Assembly: GCA_964016885.1 (NCBI GenBank)
Contig: OZ024748.1
Span: 44,702,001-44,766,000, forward strand
Reading direction: 5' to 3'
Length of the DNA stretch: 64,000 bases
Origin: Eledone cirrhosa
Taxonomy: Eukaryota
Both the position numbers and the translations under genes were made by a program. Below the pieces are notes generated by a model. The model worked only from the letters and a program-made list of their open reading frames with translations, did no database searches and had not been told where the DNA came from. Position 1 is the first letter of the stretch. The number at the start of each line of letters is the position of its first letter. Shown piece after piece: positions 40,489 through 52,907 of the stretch.

Positions 40489-40744
40489 ATACCCTTCATT
40501 AATAATAATAATAAACATAATGGTTTCTTGCTCAGGCACAAGGGCAATGTTTGAATAAATGGTGCTAAAACGAAACCATTGAATGAGGGAGCCAGACTCC
40601 ACCATAGTTGTTTACTGTTGCCTCTCAGGATTGACATGTGCAGCTGGCTTGGAAGTGGTGTCACAACTGGTAGGATCAGCTGGCAGGAATTTGCAGATGA
40701 CATGTCAAGGAAGTAATACATCATTAGAGGGTGATCACCAATAT

Positions 40745-41001
40745 GTTGTTTGTTGTTGTTACAGCTCACACCTATGCAGGTTTAGCTGGCCTCCCCCAAC
40801 GTATATCTCGTTGGAGGTGTCTTGGGTGATTTAATGATAGGGACCCCAGTCCTATCGTCTCATTTCTACAGCTGAGTAAACTGGAGCAACGTGAAATAAA
40901 GTGTCTTGCTCACGGAAATAACATAACATCCGGTCTGAGAATTGAACTCACAACCTTTCGATTGCAGGCCCAATGCTCTAACCACTAAGCCATGCGCCTT
41001 C
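40745..41001 (-). mobile_element. SINE family A variant with alternative tail ending in (CAA)n
   Basis: Head and core as family A; tail ...ggccagctaaacctgcataggtgtgagctgtaacaacaac; second copy at 56957-57191. Confidence 0.85.
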
Positions 41002-41002
41002 A

Positions 41003-41450
41003 CTTGTGCATCACCAATATGCATTTGTTAGGTTTGATGTCGAGTGCTGCATAGCTGGAATGAAAATCAGTGCTGTGAAAAACGAATCACTCATCCTCTC
41101 AAGGAACCCTACACAATGCACTTTACATTTGAATGAATTTCCACTGAAGCAGGTGGAGAAGTTCAACTATCTCGAGGCCATGTTCACGAGTAATGAACAG
41201 CAAGACTTGCAGGAACTGGTGCAGTAATGCACCAGCTTCATCATTCGGTAATCAGAAGAAGAGAAATGGGTGTAAAAGCTAAACACGCTATCTTCAATTC
41301 GGTATTTGTGTCAACCCTTACCTATGATCAGGAATCTTGGGTAATGACAAAAAGAATACACTCACGAATACTAGTGGTCAAAATGTGATTTCTCCAAAGG
41401 GTCTTCAGAGTATCAGTACCTGGTAGAGTGCGTAACTCGGAGATCAGATA
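41003..41450 (+). mobile_element. Old RTE (Rex3/Expander-like) RT C-terminal fragment
   Basis: FDVECCIAGMKISAVKNESLILSR..LKQVEKFNYL, then ..TLTYDQESWVMTKR..RVRNSEIR in a shifted frame. Confidence 0.8.
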
Positions 41451-41894
41451 TGAAAAAATGTTTTAGACAAAACTTGAAAAAGATTGTCAATGAAAATGTG
41501 TCACACTAATTAAAGCTTAACTTTGCTAATTAATTATATTTTAATTATAAAATGGTATGGTTGGTAGGTGGGTAGGGGGAGGGGCAAGACACTTTTTTGT
41601 TGAATGATTTAGTGATTAAGTATTGGAAGATTTGAAATTTGAAATTATATCCAAAATATAACGTCACACTTAAATCTAAAAATGACAAGGATTAGAGGTC
41701 AGGTGTTGTTTGGTCAAAAAGGCCAGCTACACTCACCTGGCAACAGATGCATGGTTTCCTTATAGATATCTTGCTGTCCATAAATTCTTTCATGAGACAT
41801 TCTAACCACATACCAATAATATGCACCCAGTACACTCTGTAAAGTAGTTGGTGTTAGGAAGCGACATTGGTAGAAACCCTGGTGAACATAGGAA

Positions 41895-42561
41895 TGTATG
41901 AGCCCCACGGGGTCTTTCAAACTGTCTAGGGGAGGCAACAGATCTGTATGAGCCCCACGGGGTCTTTCAGCCTGTCTAGGGAGGCAACAGATCTGTATGA
42001 ACCCCACGGGGTCTTTCAGCCTGTCTAGGGAGGCAACAGATCTGTATGAGCCCCACGGTGTCTTTCAACCTGTCTAGGGAGGCAACAGATCTGTATGAAC
42101 CCCACGGGGTCTTTCAGCCTGTCTAGGGAGGCAACAGATCTGTATGAGCCCCACGGTGTCTTTCAACCTGTCTAGGGAGGCAACAGATCTGTATGAGCCC
42201 CACGGTGTCTTTCAACCTGTCTAGGGAGGCAACAGATCTGTATGAACCCCACGGGGTCTTTCAACCTGTCTAGGGAGACAACAGATCTATATGAACCCCA
42301 CGGTGTCTTTCAACCTGTCTAGGGAGACAACAGATCTATATGAACCCCACGGGGTCTTTCAGCCTGTCTAGGGAGGCAACAGATCTGTATGAGCCCCACG
42401 GTGTCTTTCAACCTGTCTAGGGAGGCAACAGATCTGTATGAGCCCCACGGTGTCTTTCAACCTGTCTAGGGAGGCAACAGATCTGTATGAGCCCCACGGT
42501 GTCTTTCAACCTGTCTAGGGAGGCAACAGATCTGGGTGAGCCCACGGGGTCTTTCAGCCTG
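41895..42561. repeat. 49-bp minisatellite (~13 units)
   Basis: Unit gagccccacggggtctttcaacctgtctagggaggcaacagatctgtat. Confidence 0.97.
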
Positions 42562-43005
42562 ATGATGATGGTGGTGGTAGTGATGGTGGTGATTATGATG
42601 GTAGTGGTGATGGTGGTGATGATGATGATGATGACAATGTTGATGATGGTGATGATGGTGATGGTGGTGATAATAAGGATGATGGTGATGATGGTGATGG
42701 TGGTGGTGATGATGGTGATGGTGATGGTGGTGATAATAAGGATGATGGTGATGATGGTGATGGTGGTGGTGATGATGGTGATGGTGATGGTGGTGATAAT
42801 AATGATCATAGTGATGATGGTGATGATGATGATGGTGGTGGTGCTGATGATGGTGATGATGGTGATGATGGTGGTGGTGATGGTGGTGATGATGGTGGTG
42901 ATGATGGTGATGGTGATGGTGGTGATAATAATGATGATGGTGATGATGATGGTGATGGTGATGGTGGTGGTGGTGGTGATGGTGGTGATGATGATGATGA
43001 TGATG
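42562..43005. repeat. (GAT/GGT)n tract
   Basis: Direct inspection. Confidence 0.95.
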
Positions 43006-43186
43006 TCTTCATAGCAACATATTTTCCTCTCTCTTTACCCAACCATTGCTTCAAGTTAAATTGGTCACCAATTTTAGATTTATATACAATTCCAGACTAT
43101 GGACAGTTGCAATGTCTCTCTACCCCTCTCTCTATCTTTCTCATCTCCCTATCCCTCTCGCTACACTCCTCTCACTCCCCTACCCC

Positions 43187-43293
<107 letters not shown>

Positions 43294-43479
43294 CTTACAA
43301 ACATACAAACATATGTACATATATGCACGCACACACCCACATGTATACATCTACATAGATATACAGTCCCACCCTAACCCCATATATATATATATATATA
43401 TTTGTATCTCTATCTATTTATCTCTCTCTCTTGCTTTCTCTCCCTCTCTCGCTCTCCCCCCTCTCTCTCTATACACACA

Positions 43480-43523
<44 letters not shown>

Positions 43524-43684
43524 ATCCCAGACTATCACCACATATCTTGTCTCTGATCTCCATTTATCTTATCTCAATAAATCAACATCAATTTATGAAT
43601 AACATTTTTATGTTTAAAGGAATAAAACCAGAAAAATGAAATAAAACTATATATCTATATAAATCTATACAATTCTGTCAATTG

Positions 43685-43748
<64 letters not shown>

Positions 43749-43956
43749 TAGATATGCATATATATATATATACATATATATACATAGATATGCATATATA
43801 TATATATATATATATATGTAAATATGTAAAATCCCAACCATGTTGCCAAGCAGTGTCCCAAGTTTCAGCACTACAGACTTTTTATATACATACATATATA
43901 CATATATATATATATGGTCTACCTGACGTTATATATATATATATATATATATATAT

Positions 43957-46900
43957 GGTGTACCTGACGTTATAAAGGACAGGTTCTATGAGACGCTAAT
44001 GCACACTACCTCCCAAATTACCGACAGTGACTACTTAATTATTGCTGGCGATCTAAACGACCACGTTGGACAACATAGTGATGGCTATGATGGAATCCAT
44101 GGAGGCTATGGGGTTGGAAATAGAAATGAGGAAGGCTTCAGAATCCTGGAATTCTGTGACGCCAATAACCTAACTATCTGTAACACAAACTTCAAAACAC
44201 ATGAAAACCACTTGATCACCTGTAGGTCAGGGGAACACGTCAGCCAGATAGATTATTATCCTTACTAGAAGACGGGACAAATTGTCTGTTGTAAATACTA
44301 AATCCCTCCCCCATGAAGAATGCATCTCCCAACATAGCCTAGTAGTTAGTGACCTCATAGTCAGGAATAGACGTACTCGACGACAGAGGAGGCCTACCTT
44401 GAGGAGAAGAATATGGAAGTTGAAGGACCCCATAGCCAGTGACAAATTTAAAAGCTTATTACTTGATGCCTTTGACAATAAGGAAGAGCAATTAGAGACG
44501 TGCGATATAGAGGAACAGTGGCAATTCTTCAAAGTGAACCTGCTGAAAGCAACGAATGAAATCTGTGGCTGGAGCAGACCTATTGGCAGGAGGAGAGTAG
44601 CTTGGTGGTGGAACAGTAAGGTAGAAGAGACAATCAAGGCCAAAAAGCAGGCTTGGAAAGTATGGCAGGATGGGGGAAGTAGAGAGCACTATCAGGTGGC
44701 CAGGAGAGAAGCTAGGAGACAAGTGTACCTTGCAAAAAGGGAAGCAGAGGAAAGAAAGTTCAAGCATGTTCTACAACGTGAGGACCAAAAACGTGAGGTG
44801 TTCAGGATTGCTAGACAATGTGTCAAGGAAAACCGTGATATTGTCGGGGAGAAGTGTGTCCGTAATGATAACGGTGTACTTGCCCTCACTGATGCTGATA
44901 AGAAGATAGCTTGGAAGTGTCACTACGAGAGACTATTAAATGAGGAGAATAAGTGGGAAAAAGATAGTCTGCTCCAAATCGATCCAATAGAAGGACCAGT
45001 GGTGCAAGTTAAAGGTAGTATAATAAGTAAGGCAATCAAAGATATGAAGACAGGCAAGGCAGCTGGGCCTTCGGAGATAGTTGCTGAGATGTTGAAGGCA
45101 TCTGGTATGGTGGGACACACTATGGTCACCCGTATAGTTAACCAAGTAATACAGAATGGGGTCATACCAAAAGACTGGCGTAGCAGCATCATCATTAACT
45201 GCTACAAGGGTAAAGGAGATGCTCTAGATAGAGGAAACTATAGAGGCATTAAGTTAGTTGACCAGGTCATGAAAGTCACAGAAAGAGTTATAGCGCAACT
45301 AATCAGAGAGCGAATTGATCTAGATGAAATGTAGTTTGGGTTTGTGTCAGGTAAAAGTACCACAGATGCTCTTTTCCTTGTACGACAACTACAAGAGAAG
45401 TACCTAGCTAAAAGTAAACCCCTCTACTTAGCTTTTGTAGACCTGGAGAAAGCCTTTGACAGAGTCCCCCGCTCCATTATCTGGTGGGCACTTAGAAAAC
45501 TAGGTGTAGATGAATGGCTTGTGAGAGCTATAGAAGCTATGTATAATGAAACAGTCAGTAAGGTTAGAATTTACAATGAATATTGTGAAGAATTTAGTGT
45601 AAAAGTTGGTGTTCACCAAGGCTCTGTCCTTACCGCCTCCTATTTATTATTGCCCTTCAGGCTATAACAGAGAAGTTCAAGACCGGCTGCCCATGGGAAC
45701 TCCTATACCCAGATGATCTAACGCTCATAGCTGAATCAATGGCTGATCTAGAGAAGAAATTCCAAACATGGAAGCATGGCCTAGAATCAAAAGGCCTTAA
45801 AGTTAACTTGTCTAAGACTAAAGTCCTAGTTTGTAGAAAGGAAAATAAGGCACAGGTAACCTCAGGGAAATGGCCTTGCTCAGTGTGTAGGAAAGGAGTA
45901 GGCAGAAATTCAATTTTATGTCCCAAATGCAAAGTATGGGTACATAAAAGATGTAGTGGCATCACAGGTAAACTATCTAAGAACGTAGACTTTATATGAG
46001 GCCGATGCTCAGGTGCAATAGGTAGCAGGTGTCCCCAGGATACTAGCTCCTTCTATTGCCCAGATGGTTCTATAGAAATAGTAGACACTTTCCGTTACCT
46101 GGGTGATGAAATCAGCAGTGGTGGAGGGTGTTCTGAAAGTACAGTAGCGAGAGCCAGAACGGGATGGAAAAAGTTCAGAGAGCTTATACCGCTGTTGGCC
46201 ACAAAAGGTTTCTCTCTAAAAATGAAAGGCAGATTGTATGATGCTTGTATACGAACAGCAATGCTACTTGGCAGTGAGACATGGGCATTACGTGCAGAGG
46301 ACCTGCGCAGACTGGAAAGGAACGAAGCATGCATGCTCCGTTGGATGTGTAATAGTAATATACGTGAACGGCAAAGCATAAATGAACTAAATGAGAAATT
46401 AGGAATAAGAGGGATCAGATGCTGTTTACTTGAGAGAAGACTACGTTAGTATGGCCATGTGATGCGCATGAAAGACGACAGCTGTATAAAAAAGTGCAGG
46501 GCGATCAAAATTGATGGTAGTTATGGAGTAGGTAGACCCAGAAAAACCTGGGACGATCTGATAAATTCCGACCTTACACACTTGCACCTCTCTAAGACAA
46601 TGTCACTGGACCGAGATCTTTTGCGCTACGCAGTAATACAGAAGACCCGCCTTGCATATCTACAAAGCGAAACCTACAGACAGTAGGCACCTCTTAACCA
46701 AATATACACCCCAATCCACTACCCCTACCCTATCCTCCCACTCCCACCAACACCACCCTCTCGCTGTAAAGTTGGTACCACAACATCCAGTCCAAATTAA
46801 TGAGATAATGAGATCGAGATTGTGTAGGTGTCACGAGAAAAAACACACAGTCCACGTTGTAATGTGGCCATGTAGGTAACACGGTAAAAAGTTCCCAGTT

Positions 46901-47081
46901 CCACACTGTAAATGTGGTTGGTGTTAGGAAAGGCATCCAGCCGTAGAAAACCTGCCAGATAGTCCTATATGAGCGAGACACGGTCACCCAACCAACCTTG
47001 CCTCAAGTGGGACAACTCCCGTCTAACCCATGCTAGTGTGGAAAATGGACATTAAACGAAGATGATGATGATGATGATGAT
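43957..47081 (+). mobile_element. RTE/BovB-like LINE, 5'-truncated, with several stops and frameshifts
   Basis: APE motifs GDLN, ILEFC, SQIDY, SQH; RT motifs NYRGIKL, DLEKAFD, HQGSVL, YPDD; inserted Cys-rich finger WPCSVC..CPKC..WVHKRC; 3' UTR and (GAT)n tail. Confidence 0.96.
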
Positions 47082-47094
47082 ATATATATATAGT

Positions 47095-48035
47095 AAAAAT
47101 AATAAATTTGAAGACTAAAATCCAAAGAGGGCTCGATAAGGATAAATATATATTAAATATATAAGAACCGTAGAGCAAATATTTAAGCAGTGATTCTTTG
47201 CTTAAAGTTTAATCTGTTTTTAATAAATATATATAGGGTCATATTTGTGTAATAATATTGCCAGAATTAATAACAGAACACACTCACTGTTTGGTTGGTT
47301 TTCGCTTCTGTGCCTTTTATATCGGTTAATTTAATTTATTCGGTCCTCAATGTTACCATTGACTGACCAATGGTCAAAAATACAGATACAATATAGACAC
47401 AAACACATATATATAGTCTAACAAAGTTCTTTCGTTGCACATCTGCAACATCGCCAGTGGTGCTATTATATTTCCTCCCGTTGTATTGTATGCCTACGCC
47501 ATCTTTATTTAGTCTGTTTATTTATTTATCTATTTTTTTTTTTGTCTTCTCTGCGCATGCGTTTGCGTGTGCGTATAGTGTTTTGTTTGATGTGTGTTCG
47601 TATTTGGGTGACTGTGTATTGGTTATTGTATTCTATCTTAGTTAACTAGAGTGTGTTTATATGTGTTTGTTGTTATTGTGCTTGTGTATGTATTTATTTA
47701 TTTATACTTCTCTTAGGTCAGTGTTGTTTGTTTGGGTGTTGTTGTTATTCCACTCATTTTTTCTGTTTAGCCTTGGCCTTCTAAGTTCTATTTCGCTGGC
47801 CTCTGATTTGCCTATCTGCTGAGTCATTTCTATGTTTAGATATTATTCTAATTTCTATGTTGTCTATGTTACCGTCGTGTTGTCTGGCATGTTCATATAG
47901 TACTGAACCGTTTTTTCGTCCTTTTAGTTCCCCCCAGTGTTGGTCTATCCTTTCACCTATGCTACGAGCTGTCTCACCTATGCATGTTGTTGTTATATTT
48001 GTTTCGACACACGATTTCATATCAAAAACCTCGCA
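47095..48035 (-). mobile_element. Penelope-like 3' fragment (GIY-YIG C-terminus plus 3' UTR)
   Basis: CIGETARSIGERIDQH..SVLYEH..IEIRII..RQIR at 47781-47990; terminal sequences recur inverted at ~61060-61102 and ~61855-61900. Confidence 0.8.
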
Positions 48036-48063
48036 AAACTATACATACATATATATATATTAT

Positions 48064-48399
48064 GGAGGCACATGGCTTAGTGGTTAGAGCATTGGTCTTG
48101 CAATCGAAAGGTTGTGAGTTCAATTCTCAGACCGGGTGATGTGTTGTTTCCTTGAGCAAGACACTTTATTTCACATTGCTCCAGTTTACTCAGCTGTAGA
48201 AATGAGATGATAGGGACTGGGGCCCCTATCATTCCACTGCAGAGTGGTCGTGGAGGTGCCACGGCAAAAAAGCACCCAGCACTCACTGTAAATGAGGTTG
48301 GTGTTAGGAAGGGCATCCAGCTGTAGAAATCGAGCCAGAATCAGTTCCCGTCCCACCCTTGCAAGCAGGGAAAAAGCGGACGTAAAATGAAATGATGAT
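48064..48399 (+). mobile_element. SINE family A, full length
   Basis: Closely matches 38350-38676. Confidence 0.92.
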
Positions 48400-48417
48400 A
48401 TATATATACATATATAT

Positions 48418-48484
<67 letters not shown>

Positions 48485-48555
48485 TATATACATATATATA
48501 TGTATATACATAGATGTCGAAACGGCTGGAGCTCAGCTGTCGGGGTCCTGAATCT

Positions 48556-48594
<39 letters not shown>

Positions 48595-48699
48595 ACCAGA
48601 TATCACACACTTCCTTTTAAAAACTTGATTCAGTGGCATGATACGTGATGGGGTCCCCCCACAGCCCTTGCCACCCCATCCCCACATTTGAAAGCAACA

Positions 48700-49045
48700 A
48701 TTAACCTACCCCACAACCACTTTCTATCCCTCCATTTCCTATCGCTGCCCTCACAGTCTACCCCAGGGCACAGTGCCCTAGTGTTGAAATGTAGTAGTGC
48801 ATGTGTTTGAAAAAAATACACCCAGCCCACACAGGAAAGTGGAATTAAATGCATCCAGCCTAGACTGAAATGTAGTGCAGGTGTCACAATAAAATACACC
48901 CAGTCCACTTTGTAAACTGGTAATGCAGGTATCATCATAAAATGCACCCAGCCAACACTGAAATGTCGTAGTGCTGGTGCAACAATAAAATTTACCCAAC
49001 CCATAAAGGAAAGTGGTAGTGTTGGTATCATAATAAAACGCATCA
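48700..49045 (+). repeat. Degenerate tandem repeats of the RTE/SINE 3'-UTR module (aaaa..cacccagcccacactg..)
   Basis: About four diverged units related to 60360-60455. Confidence 0.6.
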
Positions 49046-49324
49046 GGTTTTTGATCTGCTAAGTAACAGACCTATTCCGTGAAAGCTTAGAAAATAGATG
49101 TAAAACTGATGATAATGACGATGATATAATATATATATAAAATTATAAATTTGAGGAAATAATAGACAAAAATAGACCTATTTTCTCTTCAAGTCCCGAC
49201 TGCATTTTTGCCAACTGGTCTGCAGCAATCATGCACCAGAAAAGTGTACCAGTGCTGTGAGGCTGTCAGTTCTTCAATTAAATATATTTTGATACCATAA
49301 CATTGTGTATATGTATATATATAT

Positions 49325-49497
49325 AATTGTTTCTACTTTAGGCACAAGGCCAGCAATTACCCAGTGCATTACTGGTACTTTATTTTATCGACCCCGTAAG
49401 GATGAAAGGCAAAGTCAACCTCGGCGGGATTTGAACTCAGATCGTAAAGGCACGTAACTATGCCGGAAAGCATGGCGTCCGACCCTCTACCGATACT
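49325..49497 (-). mobile_element. SINE family B, near full length
   Basis: Matches the other copies. Confidence 0.9.
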
Positions 49498-49684
49498 AAG
49501 ATATCACAACATATTTAATTTGTATGATAACCATGTTTCTCTTTAAATAAGCTCTCTTATTCCATCTTAAGAATATATACTTTTTCCTGGATATTATTTG
49601 TATTAAATATGTGTACAAAATACTGTGTTTATCAAACAATATATGATTATTTTTTTCCCTCTCTAAATATATCTTTTGAATTTG

Positions 49685-49716
<32 letters not shown>

Positions 49717-49720
<4 letters not shown>

Positions 49721-50066
49721 TCATCATCATCATCATCATTTCATTTTACGTCCGCTTTTTCCCTGCTTGCAAGGGTGGGACTGGAACTGACTCTGGCTTG
49801 ATTTCTACAGCTGGATGGCCTTCCTAACACCAACCTCATTTACAGTGAGTGCTGGGTGCTTTTTTGCCGTGGCACCTCCACAACCACTTTACAGTGGAAT
49901 GATAGGTACCCCAGTCCTATCATCTCATTTCTACAGCTGAGTAAACTGGAGCAATGTGAAATAAAGTGTCTTGCTCAAGGAAACAACACATCACCCGGTC
50001 TGAGAATTGAACTCACAACCTTTCGATTGCAAGGCCAATGCTCTAACCACTAAGCCATGTGCCTCC
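49717..50066 (-). mobile_element. SINE family A, full length
   Basis: Reverse complement of 48064-48399. Confidence 0.92.
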
Positions 50067-50090
50067 ACTATTATATTATATATATATATA

Positions 50091-50302
50091 TATAATATAA
50101 AACGAAAAATCAGTTATGCATCTGGACTCAATTTACTGTGTGTTACAATTGTTTCGCCGGCAGACAGCTTGAGACCATTGTATGGTCCAGAATCAGACAG
50201 ATCCACACAATGATCGCGTCTCAAGCTGTCTGCCAGCGAAACAATTGTAACACACAATAAATTGAGTCCAGATGCATCACTGATTTTTCGTTTTATATTA
50301 TA
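50091..50302. repeat. Inverted repeat (~85-bp arms) carrying the 3' half of a hammerhead
   Basis: 50091-50175 versus 50218-50302; GAAA-C AATT GTA in the arm; followed by an ACTC...GAGTGC tail. Confidence 0.88.
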
Positions 50303-50374
50303 TCATACTCTGCTCTGTAAGAACATAGAGTGCTTAACTGGCATACCGTCTATGGAAGCATCATAGCTACCATT

Positions 50375-50444
<70 letters not shown>

Positions 50445-50510
50445 TAAATTAATGTTGTCTCTGATTGAGATGAAGCAAGGGTGTATTTCAATACATATAA
50501 AAATGAGACA

Positions 50511-50793
50511 CTAGAACAGCTGCTAAAACAGCTAAATGCTGTCAAAGACAGTGATGGGCAAAAATGCCTCAGAGAACAGAGACCAGTGACCAGTGGTCAA
50601 CAGAGAGACAATCCACAAGATAGGTGACAGGCATGCCCTCCTTCTCTTTCTATTTTTTCTATATTTCATCTGCCTGTCGCCCACCTTGTGTATTGTCTAT
50701 CTGTTGACCACTGGCCGCTGGTCTCTGTCCTCTGAGCCATTTTTGCCCATCGCTGTCTTTGACAGCATTTAGCTGTTTTAACGGGTGTTCTAG
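50511..50793. repeat. Inverted repeat (~122-bp arms, ~38-bp loop)
   Basis: 50511-50633 versus 50671-50793; several differences are at CpG sites. Confidence 0.9.
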
Positions 50794-50821
50794 CGATGAG
50801 TTTTATCATTTATATTTATAT

Positions 50822-51159
50822 ATCATCATCATCATCATTTCATTTTACGTCTGCTTTTTCCATGCTTGCAAGGGTGGGACGGGAACTGATGCTGGCTTCA
50901 TTTCTACAGCTGGATGCCCTTCCTAACACCAACCTCATTTACAGTGAGTGCTGGGTGCTTTTTTTGCCGTGGCTCCTCCACGACCATTTTGTAGTGGAAT
51001 GATAGGGACCCCAGTCCCTATCATCTCATTTCTACAGCTGAGTAAACTGGAGCAATGTGAAATAAAGTGTCTTGCTCAAGGAAACAACACATCACCCGGT
51101 CTGAGGATTGAACTCACAATCTTTCGATTGCAAGGCCAATGCTCTAACCACTAAGCCAT
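50822..51159 (-). mobile_element. SINE family A, near full length
   Basis: Matches 49717-50066. Confidence 0.92.
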
Positions 51160-51409
51160 ATATATAAGGAGTGAGAGGACCTATGTATTACATGTGTGTG
51201 TGTTTGACAGTTCTTGCTCTGATCATACAAATAACTTAAGAGTGCATTTTCCACTACACAGATCACATTCACCTATGCCAAATCAAAGCACCATAAACTC
51301 AATGTTTTGGATATGTCTACAGTACTGCTATGCAGCAAAGATGTTTAACGATTTATTTATTGATTATATTAAAGTATATATATATATATATTTAATTAAA
51401 TTATATACT

Positions 51410-52247
51410 GGCACTCCGTCAGTTACAACGATGAGTGTTTCAGTTTATGTGATCAATTGAACAGCCTATTCTTGAAACATTCCACAGACATGTATACCCT
51501 TAATGTAGTTCTCATGGAGATTCAGCATGACATAGGATACGACAAGGCTGGCTCTTTGAATTACAGGTACAACTCAATTTTGTCAGCTGAGTGGACTGGA
51601 GCAATGTGAAATAAAGTGTCTTGCTCAAGGACACAACACTGCATCAGTGTTGTCACTGGAGCAATGTGAAATAAAGTGTCTTGCTCAAGGACACAACACT
51701 ACACCAGTATTGTGACTGGAGCAATGTAAAATAAAGTGTCTTGCTCAAGGACACAACACTGCACCAGTGTTGTCACTGGAGCAACGTGAAATAAAGTGTC
51801 TTGCTCAAGGACACAACACTACACCAGTATTGTGACTGGAGCAATGTGAAATAAAGTGTCTTGCTCAAGGACACAACACTACACCAGTATTGTGACTGGA
51901 GCAATGTGAAATAAAGTGTCTTGCTCAAGGACACAACACTACACCAGTATTGTGACTGGAGCAATGTGAAATAAAGTGTCTTGCTCAAGGACACAACACT
52001 GCACCAGTGTTGTCACTGGAGCAATGTGAAATAAAGTGTCTTGCTCAAGGACACAACACTACACCAGTGTTGTCACTGGAGCAACGTGAAATAAAGTGTC
52101 TTGCTCAAGGACACAACACTGCACCAGGGTGGACTGGGGCAACATGAAACAAGATGTTTTGTTCAAGGACAAAACAGACTGCAGGGAATTGAACTCATAA
52201 CCTTACGATTGTGAGCTGAATACCCTAACCACTAAACCACACGCCAT
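51410..52247 (-). mobile_element. CORE-like SINE (third tail type) whose core has been tandemly amplified
   Basis: Head at 52185-52247 (aattgaactc...ctaaccactaaacca), long tail at 51410-51590. Confidence 0.85.
51596..52130. repeat. 60-bp minisatellite (~9 units) derived from the SINE core
   Basis: Unit actggagcaatgtgaaataaagtgtcttgctcaaggacacaacactacaccagtattgtg. Confidence 0.95.
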
Positions 52248-52907
52248 CACAATTAAATTATATCTGATTTAATTAAACTCCTTTTAGTTGGTTGTTTATG
52301 AAACTGTGATGTTTCATGGTTCAGTAATACACCTCACTGCAATCTACACCCCAGGTAGATAGCGGTCTAGGGTATAGATTAATGGTTACTTTCGACATTG
52401 CCGTTAGAAAAACAAAGACAACAATGGTAAGAAAAAAAAAAGACAACAAACACAACAAAAAAACAAAGTCTTCTCTAAAAATTTAACATTTTATAAATCA
52501 ACAAAATTGAAAAACACAAAAAAAAAACTACTAAAATTAGATTAAATTAAATTAAATTTACCCATGCTGGCGTGGAAAAATGGATGTTAAATGATGATGT
52601 TGGTGGTGGTGATGATGATGATAATTTTCCTGATGACAGTGATCATGATAATGATGATGATGACAGTGATAATGATGTCGACAATGATAACTGTGATGAT
52701 GATGTTGACAATGATGATGATGGTGAAGATGATGATGATGATGATGACTGATGATGATGATGATGATACATAATTCAGTCTAAAACTGGAATTTTGAATG
52801 TTGTCCAACCTACCAGAAATAATTGGTTTAAAAAAAAAAGTGGAATTTTGGTCATTTTTCCAAATATTATTAGAAATATCTAAATATTGGTATTTCACAT
52901 AATCTGT

